A DNA stretch of 64,000 nucleotides, taken from the NCBI GenBank assembly GCA_951406725.2, contig OX597814.1, positions 47,306,001 through 47,370,000 of the forward strand, in the 5' to 3' direction. Every line of letters begins with the position of its first letter. Within the stretch, counting starts at the first letter, position 1. The notes beneath the pieces are model-generated. The model saw only the letters and a program-made list of their open reading frames with translations. It ran no database searches and was not told where the DNA came from. This stretch comes from Octopus vulgaris (taxonomy: Eukaryota). This document shows positions 23,850 to 36,448 of the stretch, one piece after another. Made by a program: the position numbers and the translations under genes.

Positions 23850-24890
23850 GGTTAAACAAAGAGGGGATAAATGGGGTCGGGGACTTATCGAATGATATTA
23901 AATATATATGAATAAATACATTATAATTTCAGATGAAAATGAAACAAAAAATGTATGACGCGGAATATGTTTGACCCCACCAACCACATTCCTGCGTTGA
24001 ACCGTTTATTTCATCCTTTTTTTTTACTTCGCTTAACTAGGCGCTTACATACCCAACATTCGGGCTACTTTCTTCTCTCTACTTTCGTACTCTTTTGCCG
24101 TCAGGCATTTCTTCTCCAGACATGCGTTCCCTCTCAGGTGATATAAAAAGAGGTTATCCATAGCATGTCCGGAGACGAAGGTGCCTGAATGATACCTTTT
24201 CCACGCGTCTTCCATATCACCTCTTTCGCTATAGCTATTACGGCTTTTAGAGGAGATGGCGGAACGATCTTAATAATCGATTCGGCTGACAACCGTACTC
24301 TCCCCAGCTGTAACAGTACCTGTTCGGTAGAAACCCACAGGTCTGAGAGACACGGACACTGTACGATTGCATGCAGAACAGTTTTGTTGCTCTATCCGCA
24401 ACGTGGGCACGTAGGCGACACCGTGATGCCGTGCCTCGCGAGTTTATCCCGAACTGGCGAGGCACTTCGGAAGCACAGCGAAGCCAGGGACCTCTGAAAG
24501 TTGTCTATAGGTCCCGGGCCGAAAGTCCTTCGATGCAGGTTGGCAAGCTGACTTTCATCGAAACCCAGAGTCTCACCCAGGCCGTCGTCACACTTGCCCT
24601 CTACCAGCCCTCTATAGTACGCCGAGGCGGTACCCCTTCCACTGGCATTGCCCGTTCGGGAGAGAAGCACGAGCGCCTGTTGACACTGCTTGCCAAGCTC
24701 CCAGTCTTGGTCTATGCCTGATCCAGCTTTCCAGTCCACCAAAAGAAGTGAACCTGGGAAATATCTCGACAACGAACGGAGACCACACCTGCTCACCGTC
24801 CAGGTAGAGCCAAAGATGCCTCAACCTCAACGCATACCTGCGCATATTTAGCCACGGCATCCCTAACTCACCCTTTAGCAGTTGTTGGCA
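23850..24890 (-). mobile_element. Tx1/L1-clade LINE, 5'-truncated 3' portion
   Basis: LGMPWLNMRRYALRLRHLW and FGPGPIDNFQRSLASLC....PVRDKLARHG...SPTCPRCG (zf-RVT-like). Homologous to 7230-7690. Confidence 0.85.
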
Positions 24891-26280
24891 GAATCTTCAC
24901 CCTTGCCATTCCTGGATGTCCACTGTTAAATTGTTGCAATACATCTTTTTGTAATGTAGTTGGAACCACCACTCTTTGGGCATACATCAGAATACCGTCG
25001 CAAATTAAAAAACTACTGGCATCTGAGTTTTTATTTTGTTAATTTTTAAAGCTTCTTTTATTTTCGTAATATACTTATTACCTACAACTTTCATTCTTGT
25101 ATCCTGTACTGTCACTGGTAGTTCTTGGATAACGTTCGTCATAACACTTTTAATTTCACTTTCTGTCTGCAGTGCAGCTATAACAGTCTCTTCTAGTGGT
25201 TCCATATTTTTAGAAATTAATCTTGAAAGGCAGTCTGCATGACCGTTTTCTTTTTTCTTTTCTTTTCGCTGGAATCTATTGCATTTTCAAATTATAATTT
25301 AGTAATATTACACCCCAACGTTGCAGGCGGTTTGCAATAGGAGTCGGTAACCCTTTTTTAGAACCATAAATCGACAGCAAAGGTCTATGGTCTGTTTGCA
25401 ATAAAAAAAAATTCTGCGATGCAGAAACCTGTGGAATTTTTTAACTGCAAAAGTAGTTGCTAAAGGCTTTTTTTTTTTTCAGTTTGACTATATTCTTCTC
25501 TACCGCTGTTAGCAAGCGCGAAACATGAATCACTGGTTTTGTATGCCCGTCTTTGTATTTATGAAGTAGAACTACACTTAATCCGTGCTCGGAAGCATCA
25601 GACGCTACATTGATGTCCATTTTGAGGTTATAATGTGCTAACGACAAGGCGGCGAGCTGGCAGAAACGTTAGCACGCCGGGCGAAATGCGTAGCCGTATT
25701 TCGTCTGCCGTTGCGTTCTGGGTTCAAATTCCGCCGAGGTCGACTTTGCCTTTCATCCTTTCGGGGTCGATAAATTAAGCACCAGTTACGCACTGGGATC
25801 GATGTAATCGACTTAATCCGTTTGTCTGTCCTTGTTTGTCTCCTCTGTGTTTAGCCCTTTGTGGGTAGTAAAGAAATATATAATGTGCTAACAACAGGTC
25901 TGAGATTAGAATTCTTTTTTTATTTCTTCAAAAGTGTTCTGGCATTTAGTAGACCAATTCCACTTTGCTTTCATTTTTTAATAAGTCGTTCAATAGAGCT
26001 CTCAGCTTGTGCATATTAGGAATGTAGTTTTGGTAGTAGTTTGCCAGCCTAAGAAATACTTGTAAAAGTTGAAATATTTGTCGGCGCAGGCATATTCCTT
26101 ATTGCTTTTGCTCTCGACAGGCCAGGACGTCTGCAACTTTTATCAATTATTTGCCCTAAGTACTTAATTTGGAGTAGAAAGAATTCGCATTTTTCTTCAC
26201 TCAAAGTGGTCCCGAAAACTTTAATTTTCTTAAACACAGCTCTGTGTGTTCCACAAGCCGTTCACGAGAATTACTCTTGG
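24891..26280 (-). mobile_element. Ty3/Gypsy LTR-retrotransposon pol remnant (RT end, RNase H, start of integrase)
   Basis: EKCEFFLLQIKYLGQII (RT), VASDASEHGLSVVLLH...KPVIHVSRLLTAVEKN (RNase H), QTDHRPLLSIYG and GHPGMARVK (integrase Zn region). No LTRs identified. Confidence 0.88.
25647..25878 (+). mobile_element. SINE family B inserted in the Gypsy remnant, 18 bp TSD
   Basis: TATAATGTGCTAAC(G/A)ACA at 25629-25646 and 25879-25896. CpG-intact, young-looking copy. Confidence 0.92.
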
Positions 26281-27180
26281 TCAAAATATCAAGTACGGGA
26301 TTACAACTTTTAATCCAAAAGGTAATTGTGTGTGTCTGTACAATCCTCTGTGTGTGTTTATTGTCAAACACTTTGAGCATTTTTCATTTACTCTTATCTG
26401 TGAATAGGCTTCAGACAGATCTCAATTCCAAAACAAAATGCAATATTTTACTCTACCGACAAAAAATTTGGTCAGAGAGTGTACGTAATAGCGATTTCAC
26501 TAACCTTGGTGCTTTTCTATTGAAGGGCCGGATTAGCTTGAATCCTGAGTTATACACACGCTTGTCCACACTGGTTGTAGAGATACTGACTTTATAAAGT
26601 GATCAAAGTAGTTGGAAAGATGGTAGATAATCTCGTGGACTTCTTACCAAGTCAATTCTTAGACGCCGAAACTTTAGTGTATCTATGCTCACTCAGATCA
26701 AATTCCGCTAGCTTTGTGTTAATGCTAGAAATCTATACCCATTGTAGCTACAAATACTTACATGATAGTTTATAATTGTTGTCAGATTTTTACATTGCGG
26801 TTTTATTGTTGAATACTTGTTTCTATTAAATTCATTGTCGAACTTTTCCTTACTCACACATATATACATTTAAACTATCTGAATACTTAAAGCAATTTTC
26901 CAACTTTTTTTTTCCATATAATTTACGTGTGTTTGTGTATGCCGGCGTGTTTGTGTATTCCGGTGTGCTTGTGTGTGAGAGAGAGAGACAGAGAAAGAGA
27001 GAGCGTGTGTATGTATAACATTTCTTAAATTTCTGTTCATCTTCAAATAACTTGTTTAATCCACAATGTTTCATTACTGCTTCACATAAAAAGGCTGTAC
27101 TATGGAGCATCATGTTCACGTCATTTGTAGATCTGAATTAACGTAAATTGTGTCAAATCTAGGTGGTGGTTTACCTTACT

Positions 27181-27211
<31 letters not shown>

Positions 27212-27307
27212 CCTCTTTTTACCTCTCTACGATCCTTTTATTTCTTTCATTATGTTTCCTTCCTGCCTTTTCTGTCTTTTTCTCTTTTTATTTGTTTCTG
27301 TCTGCGG

Positions 27308-27424
27308 TATGAAGGTGTGTAGAAGTTAATTTTTATATCCTGACAACATCAAAGGATTCCGGCTCCTTATGAAGGTGTACAGAAGTTAATTTTATATCTT
27401 AACAACATCAAAGAGCGCCGGCTT
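27308..27424. repeat. Two-copy ~60 bp tandem repeat
   Basis: TATGAAGGTGT..AGAAGTTAATTTT.ATATC.T.ACAACATCAAAG..CCGGCT occurs twice. Confidence 0.85.
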
Positions 27425-28058
27425 CTGTCTGTAGGATCATTTCTTTTTTTTGTTTGTTTGTTATTCTCTTGCTCTGGCGTCTAAAATGGCTTTTGTTCGT
27501 TCAGCCCTCTTTGATCTTCAAAGGCAAGAAAAGTTACGTTCTTGTTAAAAAACTTATCATGACTTGCTTACCGGGTCAGTCATTGGCTGTTAATATGTGT
27601 GTCAGTTTGTGTATATTTAGTTAAGGTGCAGCTTGGGCAGACCGGGTATGTGTGTGTGTGCTTGTGTATTAATCTTTTGGATTTGATTTGACATCAGATT
27701 GTAATGTTTTAGTTACTCCAGTACCTAATGTGCTAATGTTTGTGTATGTACACCCACGACACGCACACGCATACACACGTCTCCTTATCGCGTTCACTTT
27801 GGGCTGGAGACTTTTAACCGGCTGATAACATCCTGTTTGTGTCTGGGACCGACTAATTTTGCTTAACATTATGCATGATTAGAAGTGGTTTCCACTCTGT
27901 GTGAGTGTGTGAGAACACGCTCGCTCGCTTTTGTCGTCACCATTTTACGTTTGCATTCCATGTTGGCACGAGTTGAATGGTTCGGCAGGATCCCTTTAGT
28001 CAGAGAACCACACTGTTGCTTCTAAGTCTCAGTTTTGTACTATTTCTATAGCTTAATA

Positions 28059-28800
28059 GGATCTTTTCACTTTGACCGGCAGATTTTTAAAAATAATTTC
28101 TATGTAACTAAAAAATTTTAAACTTCGTATACTGGTAGAATGTGTTTATAAAACATCGTTTTCTCTTGGCTTTCTTGAAAAAATTCTGTAGTTTGTAACA
28201 TACTTGTTTAATTTCTTGCATTTCGGCAATTTCAACCAATCAATGACGTCTATTGAGGTGAAAACGATTTCTGCCGTAACATTTTATGGCAGCGTCATAT
28301 GAAAATGTCCCTGTTAAATATATATTCGTTTAAGAAACAGATTGGGTTTATTTACATATCTGAAGAAAAAAAAGATACCCTTCCTCCCACCCCTAACCCT
28401 AACTCAGATTGAAATGCAATAGATCGATACTAGGGTCATAATTATGGGTGGACACTAAAGAGGAAACGGTTTTGTTATCCAGCTCTGTTTACGAGTGACC
28501 CCTCAGTTTATGGCCTCAGGGTATCTTTTTTCTCATAAAAAAACAGGGACATTTTCATATGACGCCGCCATAAAATGTTACGGCAGAAATCGTTTTCACC
28601 TCAATAGACGTCATTGATTGGTTGAAATTGCTGAAATGCAAGAAATTAAACAACAAGTATGTTACAAACTACAGAATTTTCTCAAGAAAGCCAAGAGAAA
28701 AAGATGTTTTATAAACACATTCTACCAGTATACAAAGTTTAAAATTTTTTAGTTACATAGAAATTATTTTAAAAATCTGCCGGTCAAAGTGAAAAGATCT
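28059..28800. mobile_element. Non-autonomous foldback DNA transposon, ~257 bp TIRs, 8 bp TSD (Merlin/Mutator-like)
   Basis: Arms 28059-28315 and 28542-28800 are near-perfect reverse complements (GATCTTTTCACTTTGACCGGCAGATTTTTAAAA...). TSD GCTTAATA at 28051-28058 and 28801-28808. Confidence 0.92.
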
Positions 28801-29629
28801 GCTTAATACCCTCTCTAATGCCAACCACTTTACAAAGTGTACTGGGTGCTTTTGTTTTTCTGTGATACCACCACAACAGAAGGAAGTGTAGGGGAGAGAA
28901 TGTATGTGTAATAACTTTAAGCAAGGTAATGAGAAGTTGAAATATGAGGAGAGGAAGGGGTTTAGTGTTGTGAGAGGGTAGTAGTGGAGAGAGTATGAGG
29001 AGACACTGTTGTGAGGAGAATAATGGGGATAGAAGAAGGAAAATAGTTGTATCGGGGGTGGGGGTAGTAAGAAAGAGAGGAACAACGGAAGGGATGATGG
29101 AGAGGTTTGTGTAAAAGGAACCAGTGTTATCCCACATTGTAAGGGAGAATATGGGTGGAAGGTGTGGTAGGAAGGGAGGTATGAAAGAAGCTGTACGAAG
29201 AAGAGAACCGTCTTAAGAGAGGTCATGGATATCAATTCACGTTAACAGAGGTGGCAGTGCTGTGTAAGCCTGAGAGAGAGAGAGAGAAGTAAGTGAGAGA
29301 AAGGGGGAATGAGTGGAAAGCAGTGTGAATGTCATGTATGCAGTGACTGACTGAGGCAATGTTGTGTGTGGGAGATTTTTTTCCATGTGTATAATGATGT
29401 AATGCCTATCGGTAAAGAAACATGTGATAGGGAATAAATAATACCAACATTTTCTAGTTTTCAGTTTTAAAATATAATTACTCTTTGATAAACACTTTCC
29501 AGTATTAAACAATATTCTCTAGTGTTTTCAACTCTTATGTTGATTATACAGCTACAGGTATACTTTGGAGAACAGAAATATGCAGATGTGCTTCATAAGA
29601 ACACAGCTTAGGTTATAGAGAAGAGAACC

Positions 29630-29865
29630 GGCTGTGGCTGTGTGGTAAGAGGTTTGGTTCACATCACATGGTTCCTCGTTCAGTCCCACTGTATGCTACC
29701 TTGGGCATGTGTCTTCTACTTTGCCAACCAAAGCCTTGTGAGTGGATTTGATAGACAGAAATTGAAAGAAGCCTATTGTAAAGTCTTAGGGGTCGATTTG
29801 TTCAACTAAAACCCTTGAAGGCTGTGCTCTAGCATGGCCACAGTCACATGACTGAAAGAAGTAAA
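29630..29865 (+). mobile_element. SINE family A, internally deleted old copy
   Basis: GTGGCTGTGTGGTAAG...CAGTCCCACT...GCCTTGTGAGTGGATTTG...ATGACTGAAA. Confidence 0.8.
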
Positions 29866-30014
29866 TTTTATGTGAGAAATGTGGCAAAATAATTTTGTCA
29901 AGAATGATGAACAGCAGCTCTACCATTGTGCATTCATCCAAAACATATCAACCCAACCGTAGATGAGCACAGCTCACCTTTAGACATCAAGGATAGCAGT
30001 ACTACACTACTTAA

Positions 30015-30234
30015 CCCTTTCGTTACCATATTTATTTTGAGATGATCTGTGTTTCTTTGAATTACTTTAAATGTAACAAAGAATTTAGTAAAATAACTCA
30101 GTTATCATTCAGCTATTGTTAGGAACATAATTTGTGACTAAGGTTTGGTGGAAGATTTTAACTCAAAACTTACTAAAACTGGACATTTGTACTCAGAACC
30201 AGAGCCAGTTTCAGCCGGGTTGGTAACGAAAGGG
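30015..30234. mobile_element. piggyBac-type MITE (220 bp), TTAA TSD
   Basis: TTAA|CCCTTTCGTTACCA ... TGGTAACGAAAGGG|TTAA. A second copy lies at 55103-55322. Confidence 0.92.
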
Positions 30235-32744
30235 TTAAACATCAAAGATAGCAGTACTACAGTACTGGGCTGTTGAAGCTCTATACATACAACTATGTTG
30301 GTTTTCCAATACATGAGCTTTCACAGATGACAAGTCCAGCAATTGAAAGACTGACTCTCTACATTACAGACACTTTAACATTCTGCAGATTTCAAGCAGT
30401 GTTTCACAATTTGAGCTATTCAATTTCCTTTAACTGCAGGCTCTACATACACACAGTGGAAGTCATTTATTATAATCTCTTTATAGCAAAACCTTTTCGT
30501 TAACAAAAGCCAAATGATTATTTGTTTTGAATAAACAGTTTGAGACCAGTATATTTTAAGAACAACCATTTGATAACATTGTTCATGATTTTAAGTAGCC
30601 TCCATTGTAATGTATAGATTTTGTGCATAATACAATGGTCCAAGAATGTACAGGATTCGCTTATGTTGTTAAAATTTAGTTAAGCTTTAAACATGGTTAA
30701 ATTATTTTTAACATTTCTAAAGAGCTGAAAAAAAAAAATAAAGTTTCAGTCAGTTTTTATTTTTCATCCTTTCAGGGTCAATAAAATGATACCAGTTAAG
30801 TACCAGCTACTAGTTAAATAATACTGGTTGAGTATTGGGTTTGATATAGCAGATTATAACCCCACACCCCATTAAAATTGCTGACTTTGTTCTTAAAATA
30901 AGAAGTTGTAATTCATGGCATTTTACCAAAATGACATTTCTCAATCACTCTTTTATTTGGACTTGATGTACTTATCAAGGGCATAGGTGCTTTAAAATAT
31001 GTTTCGTAATTATGTGACTTTGGGATCTTTCTCACCATGCAATACTTTAGGTAAGTATCTTTTACTATAACCTTTTACAATAACCAAAGCCTTGTGGGTA
31101 AAATTTGTTTGAGGGAAAACTGTGAAAACACCTAAGACAGGCTATTACTTTTATTTTTAGGTTAGTAAATTTAATCTATCGCATATACAACACTACTGCC
31201 TCGTGTTAATATCTCATGCTTAAGTTTTAGCACCAGCCACCAAGAAGTAATATTTCACTTTTCCCTTTACTCTGGGAACTACAAAGCCAAGCCACCACTA
31301 GAGTTATCTATGGAGGAGGATATTGTATAGATGGTGTATGTCTTGTTTGTAAACCATAGCAAGTTGTACTAGGATATGGAGTTTATGTCATTTCATGTTT
31401 AAATCTCTCCTTTATTGCGTCATTCATGCAATTAATTTCCATATAACTTGTTCTTTTCAGTAATGTAGTTAAACTTTCACAACCATTTCTAAACAACTAG
31501 AATGAACTTCATTAAAAGCATTCAAAAATCAGGTGGTGACATTAAACTAGGTCATATATTAAACCTACCACCCAAGTACACCATGGTGTTATTTGAACTC
31601 CGAACACAGAGAGCTGAAACCAACACCACAAGGTGTCCCGTGATATATGTTTCATTCCAAGTATTTGAACTCTGAATGTAAGAAGCCAGAATAAATAACA
31701 CAAATCATTGTATCATGTTCTAATGACTATCAATGCTTTACCTAAATATGAGAATAGACAATAAAAGTACTGATTCATCTTTGACATTTCTTGTTTGAAC
31801 TTGATGATTTAAGTAACTATCTTCCATTCATATTTTCTATTCATATATGATTCTTTCCTTGAAATTCTTCCTGGTAATCTTTTTCATCATTTGATTTTAA
31901 TGCACTTCCTCTCTCTCTCTTGAAGTTGTTACATGTTGTCAGCTCAGAGTTCATATCTGTATTCTGTCTTTGTTTATGGGAATATTTTTTTCTTTGATGC
32001 CATTGATATCCTGCACAGTTCTACTCAGTTATGTTGGCTCTTCTTATCCATTGGTTTTGTCTTGAAGTTTCTCTTATTTCCTGTCTTTGTTCTTGCCTTT
32101 TGCCTAGAATGTCTCATTCTTGGGTAGGTGGGGTGGAGCTTTTTTTTTTTGCTTTGTCTTCTATTTTGTTCCAAGAAGTGGGAATAAATTGTGGAAGACA
32201 AAAAAAGAAAAAATTGCAGACAGCTAAAAAGATATTGTGAAGCAAGAATAAAATTTACTTTTCTAAAACATTTACATATCTAACTGATGCATTTGAAGAA
32301 TTAGTGAAAGATATAAGATCTGTTTATTATTTATAATAAATTAATGATGGATTTCAATACTATCAAAGATGTTAGGTCTGTTGATCCATTACCTTTAAAA
32401 ATATTAATAATTTTCACTTTTCACCTAGGAAAGCACTTTATTACTCGGGAAAACATTTTCTCTTTTTATCTGGCACAGTGTTTAAATGTGAAGTGTGAAT
32501 AATATTTGTAGTGAAAACATTTGCAGATTCTAAAAAGACAATAAAAGTTAATGAAAGCTAACAAAAAACAAAACAAAACGAAATACCCGCCTTACTGATT
32601 AACTGTCTGCTGCCTTATAAAAATAAAAGCATTTACTTCATCAAAAATGAAGGTGAAATTGAGTTTTTTTTTCTTTCACAAAATGAGTGTTTCTTATTGA
32701 AAATTTAATTGTTTAAGAAAAAGTGTTTTTCCTAGAAAATGAAA

Positions 32745-32950
32745 TAATCCTTTCTACTATAGGCACAAGCCCTGAAATTTGTGAGGAGGGGGTCAGTTGA
32801 TTAGATTGCCCCCAATACTCAACTGGTACTTATTTTATTGACCATGAAAGGATGAAAGGTAAAGTCTGCCTTGGTAGAATTTGAACTCAGAATGTAGTGG
32901 CAGGCAAAATACCATTAAGCATTTCGCCCAGTGTGCTACCAATTCTGGCA
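32745..32950 (-). mobile_element. SINE family B
   Basis: Reverse complement of the family B body (AACTGGTACTTATTTTATTGACC..GAAAGGATGAAAGG..TTTGAACTCAGAAT). Confidence 0.8.
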
Positions 32951-33014
32951 AGAAGAATGTTCAGTAATGATAGAAAAATAGCAGATGGTCGAGTGTTAGC
33001 TTGATACTCTAAAA

Positions 33015-33255
33015 CAGTGCTTCTCTAATTATCTGATGTGGTGTACCAGCAATTTTTTTCCAATGTGCTAGGGACCAGTAATATTGCTTAGTAATATTAA
33101 TTTATAATGGAAACAATAAATATAATAAAAGTCAACAATTTTTTAAATTTTATATTTATTTTGAAGTAAATAATACAATATTACATAAGCATTTTATTAT
33201 GTTTCTTTCTTTTCTGGAAACTCGCCACATACCAGCAGCACTTTGAGTAGCACTG
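33015..33255. mobile_element. hAT (Charlie-like) MITE
   Basis: Termini CAGTGCTTCTC ... GAGTAGCACTG. Flanks CTCTAAAA / CTCAAAAG resemble a degraded 8 bp NTCTAGAN-type TSD. Confidence 0.6.
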
Positions 33256-33370
33256 CTCAAAAGTACCCAGTGTGACAAAAGTATATTGAATTGCTGCAGA
33301 AGAAATTAACAAGACTTTAGACTCTTATTTGCCTGCTGTGCTAATGATTCTGTCAGCTCACTACCTTAAT

Positions 33371-33371
<1 letters not shown>

Positions 33372-33411
<40 letters not shown>
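33372..33411. repeat. (AAT)n microsatellite
   Basis: Direct reading. Similar tracts at 22298-22363, 36147-36177, 36396-36447, 36673-36711 and 47403-47433, mostly at family B SINE tails. Confidence 0.95.
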
Positions 33412-33413
<2 letters not shown>

Positions 33414-33585
33414 GTTTCATATTTTGGCACAAGGCCAGCAATTTTGGGAGTAGGGGTAAGTTGATTATATCGACCCCAGTACTTAATTTACCTACCCCAA
33501 AAGGATGAAAGGCAAAGTAGGCATTGACAGAATTTGAACTGAGAATGTAGAGACTGGTGAAGTGCCATTAAGTATTTTGCCCCAG
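33411..33585 (-). mobile_element. SINE family B, ~70 bp upstream of the NLE1 exon
   Basis: (AAT)n-TGGTTTCATATTTTGGCACAAGG...AAAGGATGAAAGGCAAAGT...TTTGAACTGAGAATG. Confidence 0.8.
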
Positions 33586-33653
33586 AACTTTTTTTTTTCA
33601 TGCAACACTGTCATCATCATAATCATTATTACCTCTTCATTCTATTGAATTAG

Positions 33654-33856
33654 GGTTCGTTCCCTGAGAAGCTAGTATCAGGCTCAGATGATTTTACACT
33701 TTACCTGTGGCATCCAGAATTAGATTCTCAACCTATCAATCGAATGACTGGTCATCAACAACTGATTAACCAAGTTCTTTTCTCACCTGATACACGAACT
33801 ATTGCCAGTTGCTCTTTTGATAAATCTGTGAAACTCTGGCATGGTCGAAATGGCAA
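33654..33856 (+). CDS. NLE1: Notchless homolog (NLE1/Rsa4), internal exon (203 bp)
   Basis: tag|GGT...GGCAA|gtaagt. Translates GSFPEKLVSGSDDFTLYLWHPELDSQPINRMTGHQQLINQVLFSPDTRTIASCSFDKSVKLWHGRNG(K), matching the NLE1 motif LVSGSDDFTL..W...RMTGHQ.LIN.V.FSPD...IAS.SFDKS.KLW. Not in the ORF track. Confidence 0.96.
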
Positions 33857-35401
33857 GTAAGTCAAAGAATTTTCTTTTTGTTATTTAATTCATTATAGTT
33901 GCTATTGGCTAAGATTTAGGGTAGGTACTTGTGTTCAAACCCTGTTTCAAGTAAATTAATCAAAAGCATAATATTTGACAAGCAAGTAGAGAATTTCCTG
34001 TCTATTCAATACATCTAAAATCTTCAGTTTTTTAAAACAGAAACATTTTCAAATCTGAATTATGGAAGCTGTGTCAACAATAAACACAAGATAGTCATAA
34101 TTGGAGTGGTTGTTGAACCTTTCTTTGTTTATCTACTCAACAGCAATAATAAAATAAGGTGAACAGTGTCCATAACTTTCTAGAACCCACTTATTCTGAG
34201 ATATAGAGATAATTTAGATGAAATGTGTAGTTGTTTTTTAACTTGAAATATTTCATTGTAATATTGGAAGAAGAAGCATAAATAGAAGTTCTAGAGGGAA
34301 GCAGTTTTAATAAGGATTAGACAAACATTTTGTTAGAGAATCTGGGGAATGTATAACAATGATGGCGATAAGAGGAGGAAAAGTGAATTCATTTAGTTTA
34401 TGTGTAAGAGCAATTAGATTGCAGTAGCAGTAGAAGTGGTAAAAACAGCATGTGACATGAAGGTAAGCTGGTGTTTAGAGAGATTGTGTTATCAAAATGA
34501 ATGATATAAACCAGCTGAAGAGAGAACATGAACTAGGGATAGATGTTAAGTCAGACTTGAGGTAAACTGGAATGAAAATCTAAAAGCAATAGTTAATTGG
34601 CAGGATATGGTATAGAGGAATGGTCACACAGACCTACTCCGGTTCATGCCAGTAAGATAAAGCAAATATAAAAACATTTACAATGATGGCAGCCGGCTGG
34701 TGTAGAAGGAACTTCCTTTGATATAAAATCTAAATTTATTATCTCTTAAGTTCTCTAACTTTTCTTTTATTTATTTTACTGCTTAACATCATAATTTCCA
34801 ACATCCAATATTTTTACAATGTAGACCTATTTTACTATAACTCCAAGGGTGCATGTATGTATATATCAGTTAATAAGTGTGTGTATCTTACTTGTGTGTA
34901 TGTGTACTGTGTTGACTATAAATGAATCTGTTCATTTTAATTACACACACACCTATTTATATGTACACTGATTTTGTGGTTCTTTTTTTTTCGTTTGTAT
35001 TTTGTCCTTTATTTTTTTCCTAACCTCAAGACTTAACAGTCATTGATATTTGATATCATCCAATTTTTAAGCAGCAGCCATTGTGGCTCCTTTCTATGTC
35101 GTTAACCTAGAGTTCTAATTTAGTTACATTAAATTCAAACTATGTTTTTCTTCATAACTCTTGGAAGTAATAACTGTGAGGAATTTTCAGAGGGATTGAT
35201 ACCTTTTTGTTGACCTGTTTGGGCTCAGTGGAACATATGGCATCTATATTACAGAATGATAAACATTTAAACTTACTAGATGTGCTTTATTATAAAATAT
35301 CTACATTAACACTTTATCATTATTACAAGTGGTTCACTTTTGTTGTTACTATCATCTTTTAATTCCTTTATCTAATCATTTTTTAATTCCTTTATCTATA
35401 T

Positions 35402-35600
35402 TGGTTTCAAATTTTGGCACAAGGCCTACAATTCCATCGGAACAGGTACGTCAGTTACATTAACCCAGTACTCAACTAGTACTGATTTTTATCGACCCTG
35501 AAAAAAAGGAAAGGTAAAGAACTCAGAATTTAAAGACAGATGAAATGCCACTAAGCATTTTGCCTAGTGTACTAACGATTCTGCCAGCTTGCTGACTTAA
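35402..35600 (-). mobile_element. SINE family B
   Basis: TGGTTTCAAATTTTGGCACAAGG...AAATGCCACTAAGCATTTTGCC...TCTGCCAGCTTGC. Confidence 0.8.
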
Positions 35601-35939
35601 TTTCTTTTCCAATATTGACATCATTATTTTCATCTTTATACATTTGAAGTTTTGTTCCCTGTCTAAAGATATCAATCATCATCATCACAATTATTGTCAA
35701 CATCATTATCATCATCACCACTGCCATCATTGATTTTCCTATTAATTTAATCATGATCACAAGTGTTGACTTTTATCCAGAGAGTGATTCTCATAGAGTG
35801 GAGGCATTCTGTTCCTCACCAGTTGGTTGACCTCTGTGATTCTCACATATTGGGTGACTGAGTTGTAACTGTTTCTCAGCACCCATCTCATTACACAACC
35901 TAAAGACATAGTTTGTTGGTTTGCTGTTATAGTGTAACG

Positions 35940-36146
35940 AAGGTGAAAGCAGCAGAAATGATAGAGCACTGTAAACAGTATTTTACAATATTTAGTAAAG
36001 TACCTCGATGTTCTAAGTTCAAATCCTTCCAAGGTTGATTTCATTCATCATTCCAGAATCAATAAAACAAGTAGCAATCAAATATTGGGGTTGATGTAAT
36101 TGACTTCTCTCCTGTTGTATTGTTGAACCTTGTGCTTATGCTAGAA

Positions 36147-36179
<33 letters not shown>

Positions 36180-36395
36180 AAAATGAAGTCAGCTGGCAGA
36201 ATCATTAACATGCCAGACATGATGCTTAATGGAGTTCTTTTGTCTCTTTACATTCTGAGTTCAAATTCTCTCGAGGTTGATATTACTTTTATCCTTTTAA
36301 AGTTGATAAAATAAATACCATTTGAGCGCTAAGGTTGATGAAATTGAGGACCTCCTCCTCCCCAAATTTCAGGCCTTGCACCTTTAGTGGAAAGG

Positions 36396-36448
<53 letters not shown>

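Noticed and set aside
27491-27513. TTTGTTCGTTCAGCCC resembles the 5' part of miR-375
   Set aside because: Only the first ~11 nt match and there is no complementary 5' arm upstream to form a pre-miRNA hairpin.
28391-28403. CCCTAACCCTAA telomere-like motif
   Set aside because: Only two units and internal to a transposon spacer; not an interstitial telomere array.
28753-29235. 160 aa and 117 aa ORFs
   Set aside because: Antisense of a purine-rich low-complexity tract overlapping the foldback arm and an RTE tail.
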